Assembly: GCA_043228905.1 (NCBI GenBank)
Contig: JBHGNT010000022.1
Location: forward strand, 10,726,001-10,790,000
DNA from: Azolla caroliniana
Taxonomy: Eukaryota; Plantae; Polypodiophyta
Length of the DNA stretch: 64,000 nt
Reading direction: 5' to 3'
Every line of letters begins with the position of its first letter. The stretch's first letter is position 1. Positions 35,677-49,340 of the stretch are shown piece by piece. Made by a program: the position numbers and the translations under genes. The notes beneath the pieces were generated by a model. The model saw only the letters and a list, made by a program, of their open reading frames with translations. It made no database searches and was not told the DNA's origin.

Positions 35677-37276
35677 CCCGGGAACTCCACTATATATAAG
35701 AAGGTTGGTTCACGTGCGTTCATGACATCATTTATAAACCCCTTATACGTATGTTTTTTACTATTTTAGAGGCCCTTTTGTACAAAAAAGATTAATAAAA
35801 ATACCCCCTATTACCAATATGTTTTTTGATAACCACCTATTTTAAATGCCCTTACATAGAAAATATACATGCACACATAGTTTCTAATCCAAGAAACCTA
35901 GAATGGATCTATGACCCTCTTTACAATTTATGACTCACAAATTTGTGAAAGAACATTAAACAACATATGCAATTTTGTAGAAATGCTTCATCAAGTACCA
36001 CATAAATTGAAAACACAATGTGTAAAGTATATAGTAATGCACAAACAATTCAAAAACATTAGAGGTATATCATATATAAGCCGCATATAAGTTCATGTCA
36101 ATAGTTTATTTAAACATATGAAGAATATGAAGTGATAAAAAAGAATGTAATTTACAAAAAAAATAATCTTGAACTTGACATGCATATCTCAAAGAGCACA
36201 CATGGGACAATCCAAATGCATATCAATAATGAAATTACTAACAAATTAACATTATGCTTGGTTTAATGGATAAACTCATAAGAAGCCACTACATTATTTT
36301 TTCCCAAATACATTGATCAAACAAATGACAACATATGTTATATTTCCATTTGAAATGTAAGACATCACACTATAAAAATGAGATAAAATTAATCATTTTG
36401 TTGTTCAATGTCTACTTAAAATACTTATTACAATAAAGGTTATCTTCATAAAGACCAACTATATAAATAGAAAATCCAAAGAAGCTTATTTTAGATTATA
36501 AATTTCATGTAGTTTCTATCTTCAATGTTGGACCTGTATTATGGCCATGACATCACTCTACGCCCTCTCCACATCCTTGGTTTGTTTCATACTTTCTTTT
36601 TGAATCTCAATAATATGACCTTTCAGGGAGGATGACTCTTGTTTCTCTCTTGGTTACTCGTTTCCTTCTGAGTAGTTCATTTAAGGCATGAGGAAAAGCA
36701 AAAGTTGCATTTCTATCAAAGTCAACAACTCATAAACAGAATCATCATAAAAAATACCAAAATAGTTATTAAGGATCATTGGGTCCAAACAAAGCTCTTA
36801 TACTTTCTTTATGACAAAACAATCCAATCTTAGCTTATGTATTTCAAATATCAATGACTTACGTTCAAAAAAAAATCTAAATTTTATCCAAAATATATTC
36901 TTCTCCAAATTTTTGGGGGTTTCAAATTTCTTGCTGTAAAATTCAGAAACCTATTTGAGAATGAGTCAAGTTATTAATGTTCATAATGTGGGACACAAGT
37001 ATGTACCTACAGCAATGGGCCTCATATAACTCTTATATGGTTTCTATAGATGATATATCATATCTAAGGCATCCTTGGAAAAATAATGCTTCAATTTCTC
37101 AACTTTAGTGTTACTACTAGACCATATGAGAACCATCATATACTATCAATACATCAAACATATGTGTGCATATCCAAAACTATGAACATTTATGGTAAAT
37201 AATTATGAATAAATAGATCCACAACTATGAGGATTCATGATCAGTAATAAAAAAACAAATTTACATATTTAAGAAC

Positions 37277-37998
37277 CTGGACAAAGATGTATGTTTTCTC
37301 TCTAGCGGAATTGTTTCTACCACCATCAAACAAGCAAGCAAATAAACATGATTGGCCACCAATGACAACTAACCGTTTTAAATAATTCAATAAAAACCTG
37401 GGATACAAAAAGTTGGGCCTATCCCCTCCACTCAAACAATCCTTGAGCATACATAGATGATACTCGAGCATCTAATAATGGCAATAAAAAAAGAATCTTC
37501 ATAAAAATTAGAGAAGGCTCAATCAATACCATTATAATTATGAAATTATACAGTAAACCAAAGTTTATATTACCTCTCAATATATGAGTTCCCTTACATC
37601 CTTTTTTGAAACTCTTCTCCTCTCGAATTCAAACTCCAACTTACTGATGGGTTACCTTAGCTAAACCCTTGAAGTAATGATTTACTAAGGCCTTCACAAA
37701 AACTAGTAAAACTTTTAGCAATCTCTTCTTGGACTCAAACTAGAATAAATACAAGCACAAACTCTACTTTCATATTCATCAAAGATGAAACAAGTTCAAT
37801 GAGAGTGTACCTTCTTTGCAAAATAATAAGTTAATTATCTCTTGGCACCTAAAGATTGCAAATTGTGTGTTAAGAACATGAAATGTGTATATTTAAATAG
37901 ACTATTATATTGATAGAATATAGTCGTTGGGTTATCATGAAATACAACTCTTGTCAATCCGAAATCACATATTTTAACCTTGCAATCAACATTTGCAA
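37277..37998 (-). pseudogene. Captured fragments of a plant group-D (TDY-type) MAP kinase gene, four exon remnants
   Basis: LANVDCKVKICDFGLTRVVFHDNPTTIF (37911-37998); ALVNHYFKGLAK..EFEFERRRVSKKDVRELIY (37572-37692); MLEYHLCMLKDCLSGGDRPNFLYP (37397-37471); IPLERKHTSLS (37277-37318). Confidence 0.85.
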
Positions 37999-37999
37999 G

Positions 38000-38398
38000 C
38001 ACACGTGTGTGTGTGTGTGTGCGTGCGCGCATATGTATGTATTGTATTGTATTCCATGTTATGTATGTATGTGTGTACATATTGTATTGTATTCATTGAA
38101 TTGCATGTGTATGTATTTACATATTGTATTGTAATGCATGTGTTGTATGTATGTAATGTGTGTGTGTTTGTGTGTGTGAATGTTCTATACATGTGCATAT
38201 GTTGGTATTGTATTGTATATATGGAATGTGTGTGTGAATGTTCTATACATGTGCATATGTATGTATGGAATTGTGTGTGAATGTTCTATACATGTGCATA
38301 TGTATGTATTCTATTGTATGTATGGAATGTGTGTATGCATGTATGTATGTATTCTATTGTATGTATAGAATGTGTGTATGCATGTATGTATGTGTTAG

Positions 38399-38443
<45 letters not shown>

Positions 38444-39016
38444 ATGTGCATATGTATGTATTGTATTGTATGTATGGAATGTGTGTATGCATGTATGTAT
38501 GTGTTAGATGTGTGTGTGAGTATATGCTCTATACATGTGCATATGCATGTGTGTGTATGTATGTGTTGGATGTGTGTGTGAGTATATGCTCTATACATGT
38601 GCATTTGCATGTATTGTATTGCATTTGTGTGTATGTATGTGTGGTTTGTGTGTGATATATATATGTGCATATGTATGTATTGTATTGTATGTATGGAATG
38701 TGTGTATGCATGCATGTATGTGTTAGATGTGTGTGTGAGTATATGCTCTATACATGTGCATATGCATGTATTGTATTGCATGTGTGTGTGTGTGTATGTG
38801 TTGTTTGTGTGTGTTATATATAGGTGCATATGTATGTATTGTATTGTATGTATGGAATGTGTGTATGCATGTATGTATGTGTAGTTTGTGTGTGTTATAT
38901 ATATGTGCATATGTATGTATTGTATTGTATGTATGGAATGTGTGTAGGTATGTGTTATATATATGTGCATAGGTATGTATTGTATTGAATGTGTGTATAT
39001 GTATATGTGTGTGTGT

Positions 39017-39109
<93 letters not shown>

Positions 39110-39283
39110 ATGTTCTATACATGTGCATATGCATGTATTGTATTGCATGTGTGTGTATGTATGTGTTGTTTGTGTGTGTTATATATATGTGCATATGTAT
39201 GTATTTTATTGTATGTATGGAATGTGTGTAGGTATGTGTTATATATATGTGCATAGGTATGTATTGTATTGAATGTGTGTATA

Positions 39284-39347
<64 letters not shown>

Positions 39348-39817
39348 TATATGTTCTATACATGTGCATATGTATGTATTGTATTGTATGTGTGTATGTA
39401 TGTGTTGTTTGTGTGTGTTATATATATGTGCATATGTATGTATTGTATTGCATGTGCATATGTATGTATTGTATTGCATGTGTATATATGTATATGTGTA
39501 TGTGTTATATATGTGTGTGAGTATATGTTCTATACATGTGCATATGTATGTATTGTATTGCATGTGTGTATGTATGTGTTGTTTGTGTGTGTTATATATA
39601 TGTCCATATGTATGTATATGTGTATATGTGTATATGTTGTTTGTGTATATGTGTATGTGTTGTTTGTGTGTTATATATATATGTGCATATTTATGTATTG
39701 TATTGCATGTGTATATATGTATATGTGTATTTGTTATATATGGATGTGTGTGAGAGAGTATATGTTCTATACATGTGCATATGTATGTATTATATTGCAT
39801 GTGTTTGTATGAATGTG

Positions 39818-39852
<35 letters not shown>

Positions 39853-39965
39853 GTATATATGTGCATATGTATGTATTGCATTGCATGTGTATATATGTAT
39901 GTGTGTGAGAGTATATATTCTATATATGTGCATATGTATGTATGTGTTGTGTCCGTGTGTGTATT
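38000..39965. repeat. Compound (TG)n/(TA)n/(GA)n/TATG microsatellite with a higher-order unit
   Basis: Recurrent ATGTTCTATACATGTGCATATGTATGTATTGTATTG. Confidence 0.9.
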
Positions 39966-40392
39966 TCTTTTACATACCTGTAAATGTTTTATGAATAGTA
40001 GTTGTGGCAGCAGCTACAGAGGATAGAGGCGACCAATGGCGGCACAACGAGGCGAGGTAAGGCAACACAACGAGGCGAGCAGAGGCGGCAATGACAATAC
40101 GAAGAGAATAAAGGAAGTTGTAAGGACAATAGAGGCAACAAAAACGAGAAGAATAGAGGCAACAACAAAGAGGAGAACAAAGGCGGCAAAACCAAGAGAG
40201 TAGAGGAGACAACATTAGGCGGCAAAATGGGGCGGCAAAACTCAAAATTAAAAAATGTGAATGTATCAATGTTATGTTGACTATGAATGTATGTATCTGT
40301 GAATGAATATATGAAATTTGAATGCATGAATATATGTATACATGTATGAATATATGTATCCTTGCATGAATGTATGTATGTATATGTATATC

Positions 40393-41174
40393 CATAGATT
40401 GAAATATTCGCATTCGTGGGGCCTACCCCATGAATCCATACGAATAGGAATAGGAATACATATACATATATTCGTTTTCTTTTCTTTCTTTCTTTTTTAA
40501 ATAAAAAATAAAAAACAGTTTTTCTTCATCTGAACGAGTGAACGAACAGCGAGCAGCGAGTGAGGAAGCCTCACCCTACTCCCTATCTGCCCTCGCAAGG
40601 AAGCCTCACCTGACTCCCTGTTTGCCCTCGCTTCCCTTTGCATCTTGTTCTCGGCCAAAAAATTAGGGTTTCGGTTGAAAACTATAATTTCTGTCATAAA
40701 CCTAATTTAGATAGTAGTACTTTCTTTTGAGCCCGCATCCTCAACTCCCTCTCATGCTCTATTCTAAACCTACATCCTGTTCTCACTAAAACCCTACGTC
40801 CTCAACTCAGGCTCTCACTGAAACCGTAAGTTTACTAGAAGCCCTAATTAATTGATTATTAATTAATTAACTTAATAACTAATATTTTTGAATGAATTAA
40901 GATATGTATTAGTAAATTAATTAATGTATTAGTGAACTAATTAATTATTATATTAGTGAGTTAATTAATTATTGATGTATATGTGTATATACATATATAA
41001 GTGATATGTGTGTATACACATATATGTATATATCATATATGTATGTATGTATGTATGTATGTATACATCTAAACGAACGGTTTTATAATATTCTTGGGGC
41101 CGTTTTATATTCTTGAATATAGCGAATATTGCGGATGTAGAATACCACGAATATTACGCATGGATCAATCTATG
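40393..41174. mobile_element. hAT-like MITE L (782 bp)
   Basis: 10-bp TIR CATAGATTGA..TCAATCTATG; 8-bp flanks TGTATATC and TGTATATG; subterminal GAATA/TATTC motifs. Confidence 0.78.
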
Positions 41175-42364
41175 TGTATATGTATATAATATACATATGT
41201 AATGTATGTATGTATGAATGACTATATATATGTATACATTGATATGTGTATATATCTAATATGTAATATGTAATGTATGTATGTATATGAATATGAATAT
41301 GTATATAATGTATGTATGTATGAATGAACATATACATATGTATACATACATATGTGTATATATCTAATATGTAATATGTAATGCATCTATGTATGAATGA
41401 ATATATATATGTATACATACATAATATGTGTATATATCTAATATGTAATATGTAATGTATCTATGTATGAATGTACATAGGTGTATATGCAATATGTAAT
41501 GTATGTATGAATGAATATATATATTGTGGTGTGCATGTGCACAATATGTATACATACATATGTGTATATATCTAATGTGTAATAGGTAATGTATCTATGT
41601 ATGAATGTACATATGTGTATATGCAATATGCAATGTATGTATGTATATGTATATAATGTACATATGTAATGTATGTATGAATGAATATATATATGTTGTG
41701 GTATGCATGTGCACAATATGTATATATCTAATGTGTAATAGGTAATGTATCTATGTAGGAATGTACATATATGTATATGCAATATGCAATATGCAATGTA
41801 TGTATGTATGTATATGTATATAATGTACATATGTAATGTATGTATGAATGAATTATATATTGTGGTGTACATGTGCACAATATGTATACATACATATGTG
41901 TATATATATGTAATATGTAATATGTAATGTATGTAATAATGTATGTATGAATGAATATATGTACATGTGTAATGTATAAATGTAGAATGCGCATATATGT
42001 AATATGTAATGTATGTATGTGGATATTTGTTTGTAATATGTGTGTAATATGTATCTCTATATATACATATTCTAGTTTGCATGACCCCATGTGACCTACA
42101 TATATGCTGATATGTGGAATATGTATGTACGTATGTGTATGAGTGTATGTTTGTAAAATTTATACACATATCATTGTAACCATAAATATGTATATACATG
42201 TAGCAATGTATAAATGAATATATGCATGTCCATGTATGAATGTACATATGTGTATGAATATGTAATGTATATATATTTTTATGTGAATGCATATGTGCAT
42301 ATATGTGTGTGTGTGTGTGTGTGTGTGGATGTTTGTTTGTAATATGTATGTATGTGTATGTGTA

Positions 42365-42395
<31 letters not shown>

Positions 42396-42416
42396 TTAGA
42401 TACACACACACATACG

Positions 42417-42455
<39 letters not shown>

Positions 42456-42474
42456 CTAATATATGTATGTATGT
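41175..42474. repeat. TA/TG-rich low-complexity repeat
   Basis: Visible directly in the sequence. Confidence 0.88.
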
Positions 42475-45400
42475 TTTCGGTGTTTCAGGTTTGGCCATTT
42501 GGCCAAACATTGTCCTAAGTTTCAAAATGCCTCTCGTATAGTGGAGGCCTCAACGGCCATTATTTCATATAAGGCCTCATCTGAAGGATGGACTATAGTA
42601 GAGAATAGGAAAACATCTTCACAAAGTAAAATTCAACAAGTACAACCCAATAACCTTCAGGAATTTCCTCCCCTTCATAATAAATATACAACGCTTCAAG
42701 TAGATGGTGACGAGACAGGCTCATTGATCCCATTGAAGACTGATACATGTCCCCCAATGACAACAATTCCTTCTAAGTCATCTTCTCAGTTGATAGAGAG
42801 TAAACCACCTACCAAAATAATCTCGCTAGATAAATTGAAACAGAAGGAAGATGACATGGAGATTGAAATAGCTCAGGCCTTTCCTAGATTTAAAGGACTT
42901 ATACGAGCAGATTTAGATACACCAAATGTTGGTGCAATTGATATTCTTTTTTTGAAAGAGCATCACTTGTCTGTTGATAGGATACAGAGTTATGGTTCTA
43001 TTCTACCAGGGAGATGGATACATTTCTGGGTCCCAACGATAGGTCAAAATAGTAGACAAGCTGGTTTATGCATGGCTATTAAAGAACAATGGGCATCCAT
43101 CATAGTCTCGACAGGTACTATTTTGAATAAAAGGGCGCAATTTCTTATTCTTCAAATAGGACCTCAAAAGACTGGTATTATAAATCTATATGCTTCTAAC
43201 TCGGCCTCAGAAAGAGCTTCCTTTTGGATTTCTCTTTCTGAATACGCCGGATTAGCGAACTCTTGGCTTGTGGGTGGTGACTTTAACATGATTGAAGAAG
43301 CATCTGATAGAAGGGGAGGATCAATCAATACAATAACAGGCCGAGAAGCTAGAGCTTGGGATTCGTTCTGTTTCTCTTTTGGTTTATTGGATCTATGGAA
43401 TATTCATTCCATTTCTCGAATGCAAGGCTCCCTTCATTTCTCCCGGTCAAATGGTAGTATGGTTGTAGCTAATTTGGCACGATTGGACAGGTTTTATGCT
43501 AGTAGCTTTTTTTGGGAAGCTTCTGGATCTATGGGGATTATTCCAGGGACGGTAACTTCTGATCATTATCCATTGAAGTTAAACATTGTATTCACCAAAA
43601 GGTCCTATCTTAAGCAATTCTGTATCCCGAACTCATTGCTTGCTGATGAAACTCATAGAGTTTCTGTAGCTCAAATCTGGTCTAAGTATAACTTCTCTGA
43701 TGCCTTTCTACTCAAAGATATCACTTATGCAATTCTTGATGTCAAGTGTTTCTTCATAAACATAGTTGCCTCTTCGGTTGATCGATGCAGTGCTCAGATT
43801 GGTAAGTTGCATTGAGCATTGGCTGCAACACAAAAGTTATTGGAAAGATACCCAACCTCACCGATGTTACTATCGGATTTACAACAAGTAAAAAGCAATT
43901 TAAAAGAAAAGCAACATGCGAGAGGATTGTATTTCTATCAATGTAATACAGCTTCTTGGTCACAGAAGCAGGATAGGGTTAACAGAGAATTCTTCAGTCA
44001 ATTTAAACAGAAGTATAAAACACTATCTATCAAAACCCTAAAATGACTTGATGGCTCTTACACAACGGATGATTCGGAGATGCGAGACATAGCTACGACA
44101 TATTACCATCAGTTGTTATCTGCTAAAACCTTCTCGAAGGAGGACCTTTATAAGAGACAACTTGTACTAGAAACAATACAGCAGAAGGTCACTCATGTAA
44201 TGGCTTCCCAGTTGCTTCAACCATTTAGAGATACTGAAGTTTGGACAGCGACTAAGTCCCTGGGAAAAAATGTGTGCCCTGGAAAGGATGCCATAGGAGT
44301 GGTATTCTATTTGCACTACTAGGACTTGTTGGGGCCTACTCTTACTAGAGCAGTTAATTTTATTTTCTCAACAGGGAATATGCCCGAAGAATGGACGGAA
44401 GGAATCATATACATGATTCCGAAATCAGATGCTCAATGTAATGAAATATCAAAATGGCGTCCAATAACTTTGCTTAACGACATCTATAAAATAGTAGCAA
44501 AAACTATAGCCAATAGAATGCAATCGTTTCTTCCCTCAATTATACATGATACACAATCAGGATTCCTTCAAGATAGAAGCATCTTTGACAATATCTTCCT
44601 TTTTTGGGAGATGATTGCACTGGCTCAACATCACAAAAAGTCCCTCGCTATACTATTATTAGATTTTGAGAAAGCATATGATAAAGTAGATTGGGACTTT
44701 CTGGAGGTAGTTCTATCAAGATTAGGGTTTCCAAGTGCATGGATAAAAGGGGTGTCTGCATTATATAGACACGCGTCTAGCTCAGTTTTATTTTCTGGAG
44801 GCAATGGTACATTATTTCCAATTTCCAGATCTGTTCGACAAGGTTGTCCGTTAGCACCATTTCTTTTTATTTTATTTGGGGAAGCTTTATCATCTTTTCT
44901 TAGATCCTCGATGGCGACCATCCAAGGAATAGCCTTACCTATTGCAAACTCAATAGTTCTTGATGCAGAGTTTGCAGATGACATTGCTCTTTATATTCGC
45001 GGAGATGTTGTTAATCTTGATCAGGTACAGAATGCAATAAATCTATAGGCCTTTGGGTCAGTGATGAACCGCGTCCACAATGGTATCCAGGCCTTGCATT
45101 CCGTTGCCTAAATTATGGGGAGCCGATTCGTTACTTAGGTTGTCTTGTTGGTATAGATTTACCATCTGGAGTGATGCTATCACCATTACTATTATCAATT
45201 AAGCATAAGTTGGTATATTGGGACTCACAACAGTTATCCCTTGCAGGTCGGGTTTTCATTGCAAATTTGGTGTTGTTGGCTTCAATGTGGTTTATCACAT
45301 CAGCTTGGTTGTTCTCTCGGTCGGCAATCATGAAAGTTCAAAGCCTCTTACGTAACTTTCTTTGGGGTGGAAAAAATGGATCACGGGCAATGGCCAAGGT

Positions 45401-47216
45401 GGCATGGGATGTTTTGATTAGGCCAAAAAGTCAGGGAGGGTTGGCTCTAATAGATCCCTTGATACAATCTCGAGCTCTCTTGATAAAGTTTGTAGTCAGA
45501 GGACTGTTGCCAAGGACAGAGGCATGGAAGGGTATGTTGCTTAATCAATTGATGCAATTATATCCCAAGACGGGAGGAAACTGGTTGCCTTCTTTAAAAT
45601 GGATGTTCTTGACAGATATTCAAACACCAAGACGGAATCTAACATCCAATAGATTTCTACTGGGGATTATCAGAGCATGGGATGCAATCAAGATTTTTCT
45701 ACGCAAGGAGATGCCTAACACATGGGATTGTTGGATGAATCAACCGCTTTTGGCTAATTCTCTCGTTCGGGATTCTATTGGAAATGTATTGGGCCTTAGA
45801 CCTCGTCTTGCATGGGAAAAAATTGATAATGGGCCAACAACATTAGTAGGATCCTCGATTCATTTTCAGCAGATGCCAGAAGTGGATTGCCTTAAGCAGT
45901 TACATTCGATATATGGGGCAAAGATAATGACAATGGATATTTCAGCAACCTTCTCTCAGGCCTCATCGCGACTTCAGCCAATGCAGGAGCATATGTGGTT
46001 TGGTTGCCTAATGAATGGGATACTGCTCTTTGTTAAGGGAATTTCTACAGATGGGTGTATTTTTTATTTCCATATTCAACAAGATAATAAATTGCAGCTT
46101 TATACACCCTCTGATAATTTGCTACAAAACCTACTTGTTATTCCAATTAGGGTGATTGCCAAAACTGGTAAGAAATGGCTTCTGGATCCACAACCGTCAA
46201 TAGCCCATTTGTTGGATATGCTTTGGTTATATGCACGCCAACCAATTAATAGGCTAATGTGGGACCCAAGGGGATGGTCTTGGACTAGTCCCATGATGGA
46301 TCCACTGCAAAAAGTTCCGTTCTTTCAGTATACTGTGAAATTTGGTAGAACCTTACTCATGTCTAAGAATATTCCAACTCCTACGGCTCAAAAGCACTGG
46401 AATAAGTGGGGTGTATCAAGAAGTCATTTGAAGGCTTATTGGAAATGGATTTGGTCTTTTAGGGACCAACAAAATACACTCTCTTCAGATGGCTTTTGCT
46501 ACATGCAACACTACCGATAGGTCAATCTTTGAAAGGAAACATGGCACCCGTTCTTAGACAGTGTAGTTATTGTAGTGGCTTGCAGGAACTACCAAGCATG
46601 CTCTCTAGTCCTGTTCACTAGCTTAACAGGTATGGAATAAAGTTCTTTCTTTATTCCTGACAATTAATGTAGGTTGCCTATTCTCCTGGGGATCAGCGGT
46701 ATGGGGGGTTCTCCATTCCAGTCTATTATTGTATGAGGCAGATGATGCTCTAGAGGCTAAGACTGTCATCAACAGGCATCAAATATCTGTCTCGCCTTTT
46801 CAGTAGCCTCGAAAGCAAATGCATGTAGCCCCAAGTATGGAAAACAGTATCCACGGTTACATTATGGACCTTATGGAAGTATCGATGTAAAAGACGATAT
46901 GATTCCATAGTACCCCTTCTCTCAGATATATTGCTAGAATTCTGGGACAACTTACTGGCAGTAGTGCGTGGGCAGTATGACAATATGTTGGGCCCTTCGG
47001 AGATTGTTCTTAAGAAAAGAAAAAATTTACTACAATTATGGAGGAAGTTGCCTCTATTCACGATCTCTTCTCAAGGACCAATTTGGAGGTATCATCATCC
47101 CTGGCCCTTCCCCTGATTATCCTTTTTGTATATAATACTCTCTAAATTGTACAGTTTGTAGCCTTATGGCGTTTTTTCTTAATACTAATGAAGGAAATCT
47201 TTTTGGAAAAAGAAAA
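42475..47216 (+). mobile_element. Degenerate L1-clade LINE M, 5'-truncated, A-rich tail, candidate 17-bp TSD AATATATGTATGTATGT
   Basis: CCHC knuckle, APE (GGDFN, RLDR, SDHYP), RT (WRPITLLN, LDFEKAYD, RQGCPLAP, FADD); TSD candidates 42458-42474 and 47217-47233. Confidence 0.88.
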
Positions 47217-49100
47217 AATATATGTATGTATGTGTATGTATATGTATGTATAAAAGACTATATGTATCTCCATGTACGAATGTACATATGTGTATGCATA
47301 TATGCATATGTCATGTATGTATGTATGTGTATGCATATATGCATGCATGTATGTATGTATGTATGTATGTATGTATGTATGTATGTATGTATGTATGTAT
47401 GTATGTATGTATGTATGTATGTATGTATGTATGTATGTATGTATGTATGTATGTATGTATGTATGTATGTATGTATGTATGTATGTATGTATATGGATGC
47501 ATGTATGTATGTGTATGCATATATCCATATGACAGTGTACATGATTCAATGTGTATGTATGTGTGATTGTAATATGTGCATAATATTTATGTACATATAT
47601 ATCTAATGTATAAATGAATATAGGTATGTCCATGTATGAATGTATATATGTGTATGCATATGTAATGTATGTATGTATATGCATATGTCAATGTACATGA
47701 TTCAATGTATATGAATGTGCGATTGTAATATATGCATATGCAATGTATGTATGTTCATGCATGAATATACATATATGTATATATGTAATGTATGTATGTG
47801 TGACAGTGGTTGCATATATGCGTACATGAGTGTGTGGATGTTTATTCGTAATATGTATATATGTTTTTATTGTAGTTGGTGATGATATATATGTACATAT
47901 GTAATGTATGTAATGTATTTATGTGTATGAATGTCTGTTTGTAAAACTTATAACATTGCAGGCATATGTACGTATATATATGGTGATATGTGGAACATGT
48001 ATGTACATATGTAATGTGTGTATGTGTATGCATATATGTATATGTCAATATACATCATTCAATGAGTATGAATGTGTTTGTAATATGTGCATAATATGTA
48101 TGTATATATCCAATGTATGTGTGTGTATGTGGTCATATGTATGTAAATGTATGAATGTGTATATATGTATATTTTTGGGATATTTTCATGTTTAGTATGT
48201 ATATGGCTCGTATATGGATGTATGTTTGTAATATGCATGTATATATCCAATGTATGTGTAAGTATACATATATCTAGTGTGTGTGTGTGTGTGTGTAAGT
48301 ATTGTGGTTCGTATGGTCCAATATAATCTATATATATGGCGATATGTGGAATATGTATGTACATATGTAATATATCTATGTATGTATCTATACATATATG
48401 TAATAATAATAATGTATGTATATATGTAATTTATGTATGTGTAAATTTGTATATTGTGTAATAGGTATGGATTATATGCTATGTAATATCTAATTTATTT
48501 ATGTGTGTGTGCACGTGTATATACATAATATACATATATGTAATATATGTAACTTGTTTGTAAATTGTAAATATGAAGATTTGTATACATATAATATGTA
48601 ATCTTAGGTATTAATATGTATGTGATGTGTACATATATAATATATAATATGTAATTTAATTTTTTGTGTTTTGTATGTATATATGCAATATGTAATTTTA
48701 TTGCATGTATTATGTATATATGTATGTCAATACATACATATATACATAATGCATATGTATGTTTTTACTTTCGATGAATGGGTAAATACCCCATTTTTGT
48801 TGTAAACCAATTGTCTCATGGGCCAAATTCGGTCTTAGAAGACGTTAATATATATTTCTTTCTTTCTTTCAATATATATGGCTGATTCTAATATGTATGC
48901 AGGATGTAGTGCATGTATGTATATGTATGTACATATTTACATATGGTAATATATATTTGTACATATATTTATGTTTAGTCAATATGCATGTATAAATGGG
49001 TGTAATGTACGTATATACATATATCATGGATGTAATGTTTGAATGTAGGTATATATGGATGCATGCATGTGTATGTATTTATGTATGTCTATATGCTACT
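47217..49100. repeat. (TATG)n microsatellite and TA/TG low-complexity DNA
   Basis: Pure (TATG)n at ~47349-47490. Confidence 0.9.
48762..48847 (+). mobile_element. Very short 3'-end copy of the RTE/RTEX-like LINE
   Basis: Matches 26541-26614 and 22371-22426; ends GAAGACGTTA then (AT)n. Confidence 0.8.
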
Positions 49101-49340
49101 CCAAATTTGAGTATTGTTTGCATAATACATTCTTTACTATCTCATTGAAATATCTAATATTTCACGGCCTTATGTAAAAAAATTTTCCAACATAATTGAT
49201 AATACCCTTATGTAAATATATTTTCAAATCCTTATTAATACCCTTATATATATATATATTCTGTATCTCACTGATTAATTTAAACCCCTTTTGATGAACT
49301 CACGTGCTATCATACAAGTTTTGATAGTGAAGCCCCCAGG

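Larger units (their letters stand above)
35677..49340. mobile_element. 13.7-kb non-autonomous Pack-type TIR element K, 8-bp TSD GGGAAGCA
   Basis: TSD at 35669-35676 and 49341-49348; ends CCCGGGAACTCCACTAT and CCTGGGGGCTTCACTAT (rc). Removal restores CEAC*LGKQHQLPF. Confidence 0.88.

Noticed and set aside
37277-37998. Functional host MAPK gene
   Set aside because: Lacks the N-lobe and TDY region, contains a stop and deletions, and lies inside a TIR element.
39990-40245. Purine-rich AGAGGC(A/G)(A/G)C repeat stretch and its 147-aa hydrophobic antisense ORF
   Set aside because: Degenerate short repeats; no evidence of coding function.
37910-42541. Many C/V/Y/M- or H/T/I/Y-rich ORFs (also 47142-48395)
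   Set aside because: Translations of TG/TA microsatellite DNA.
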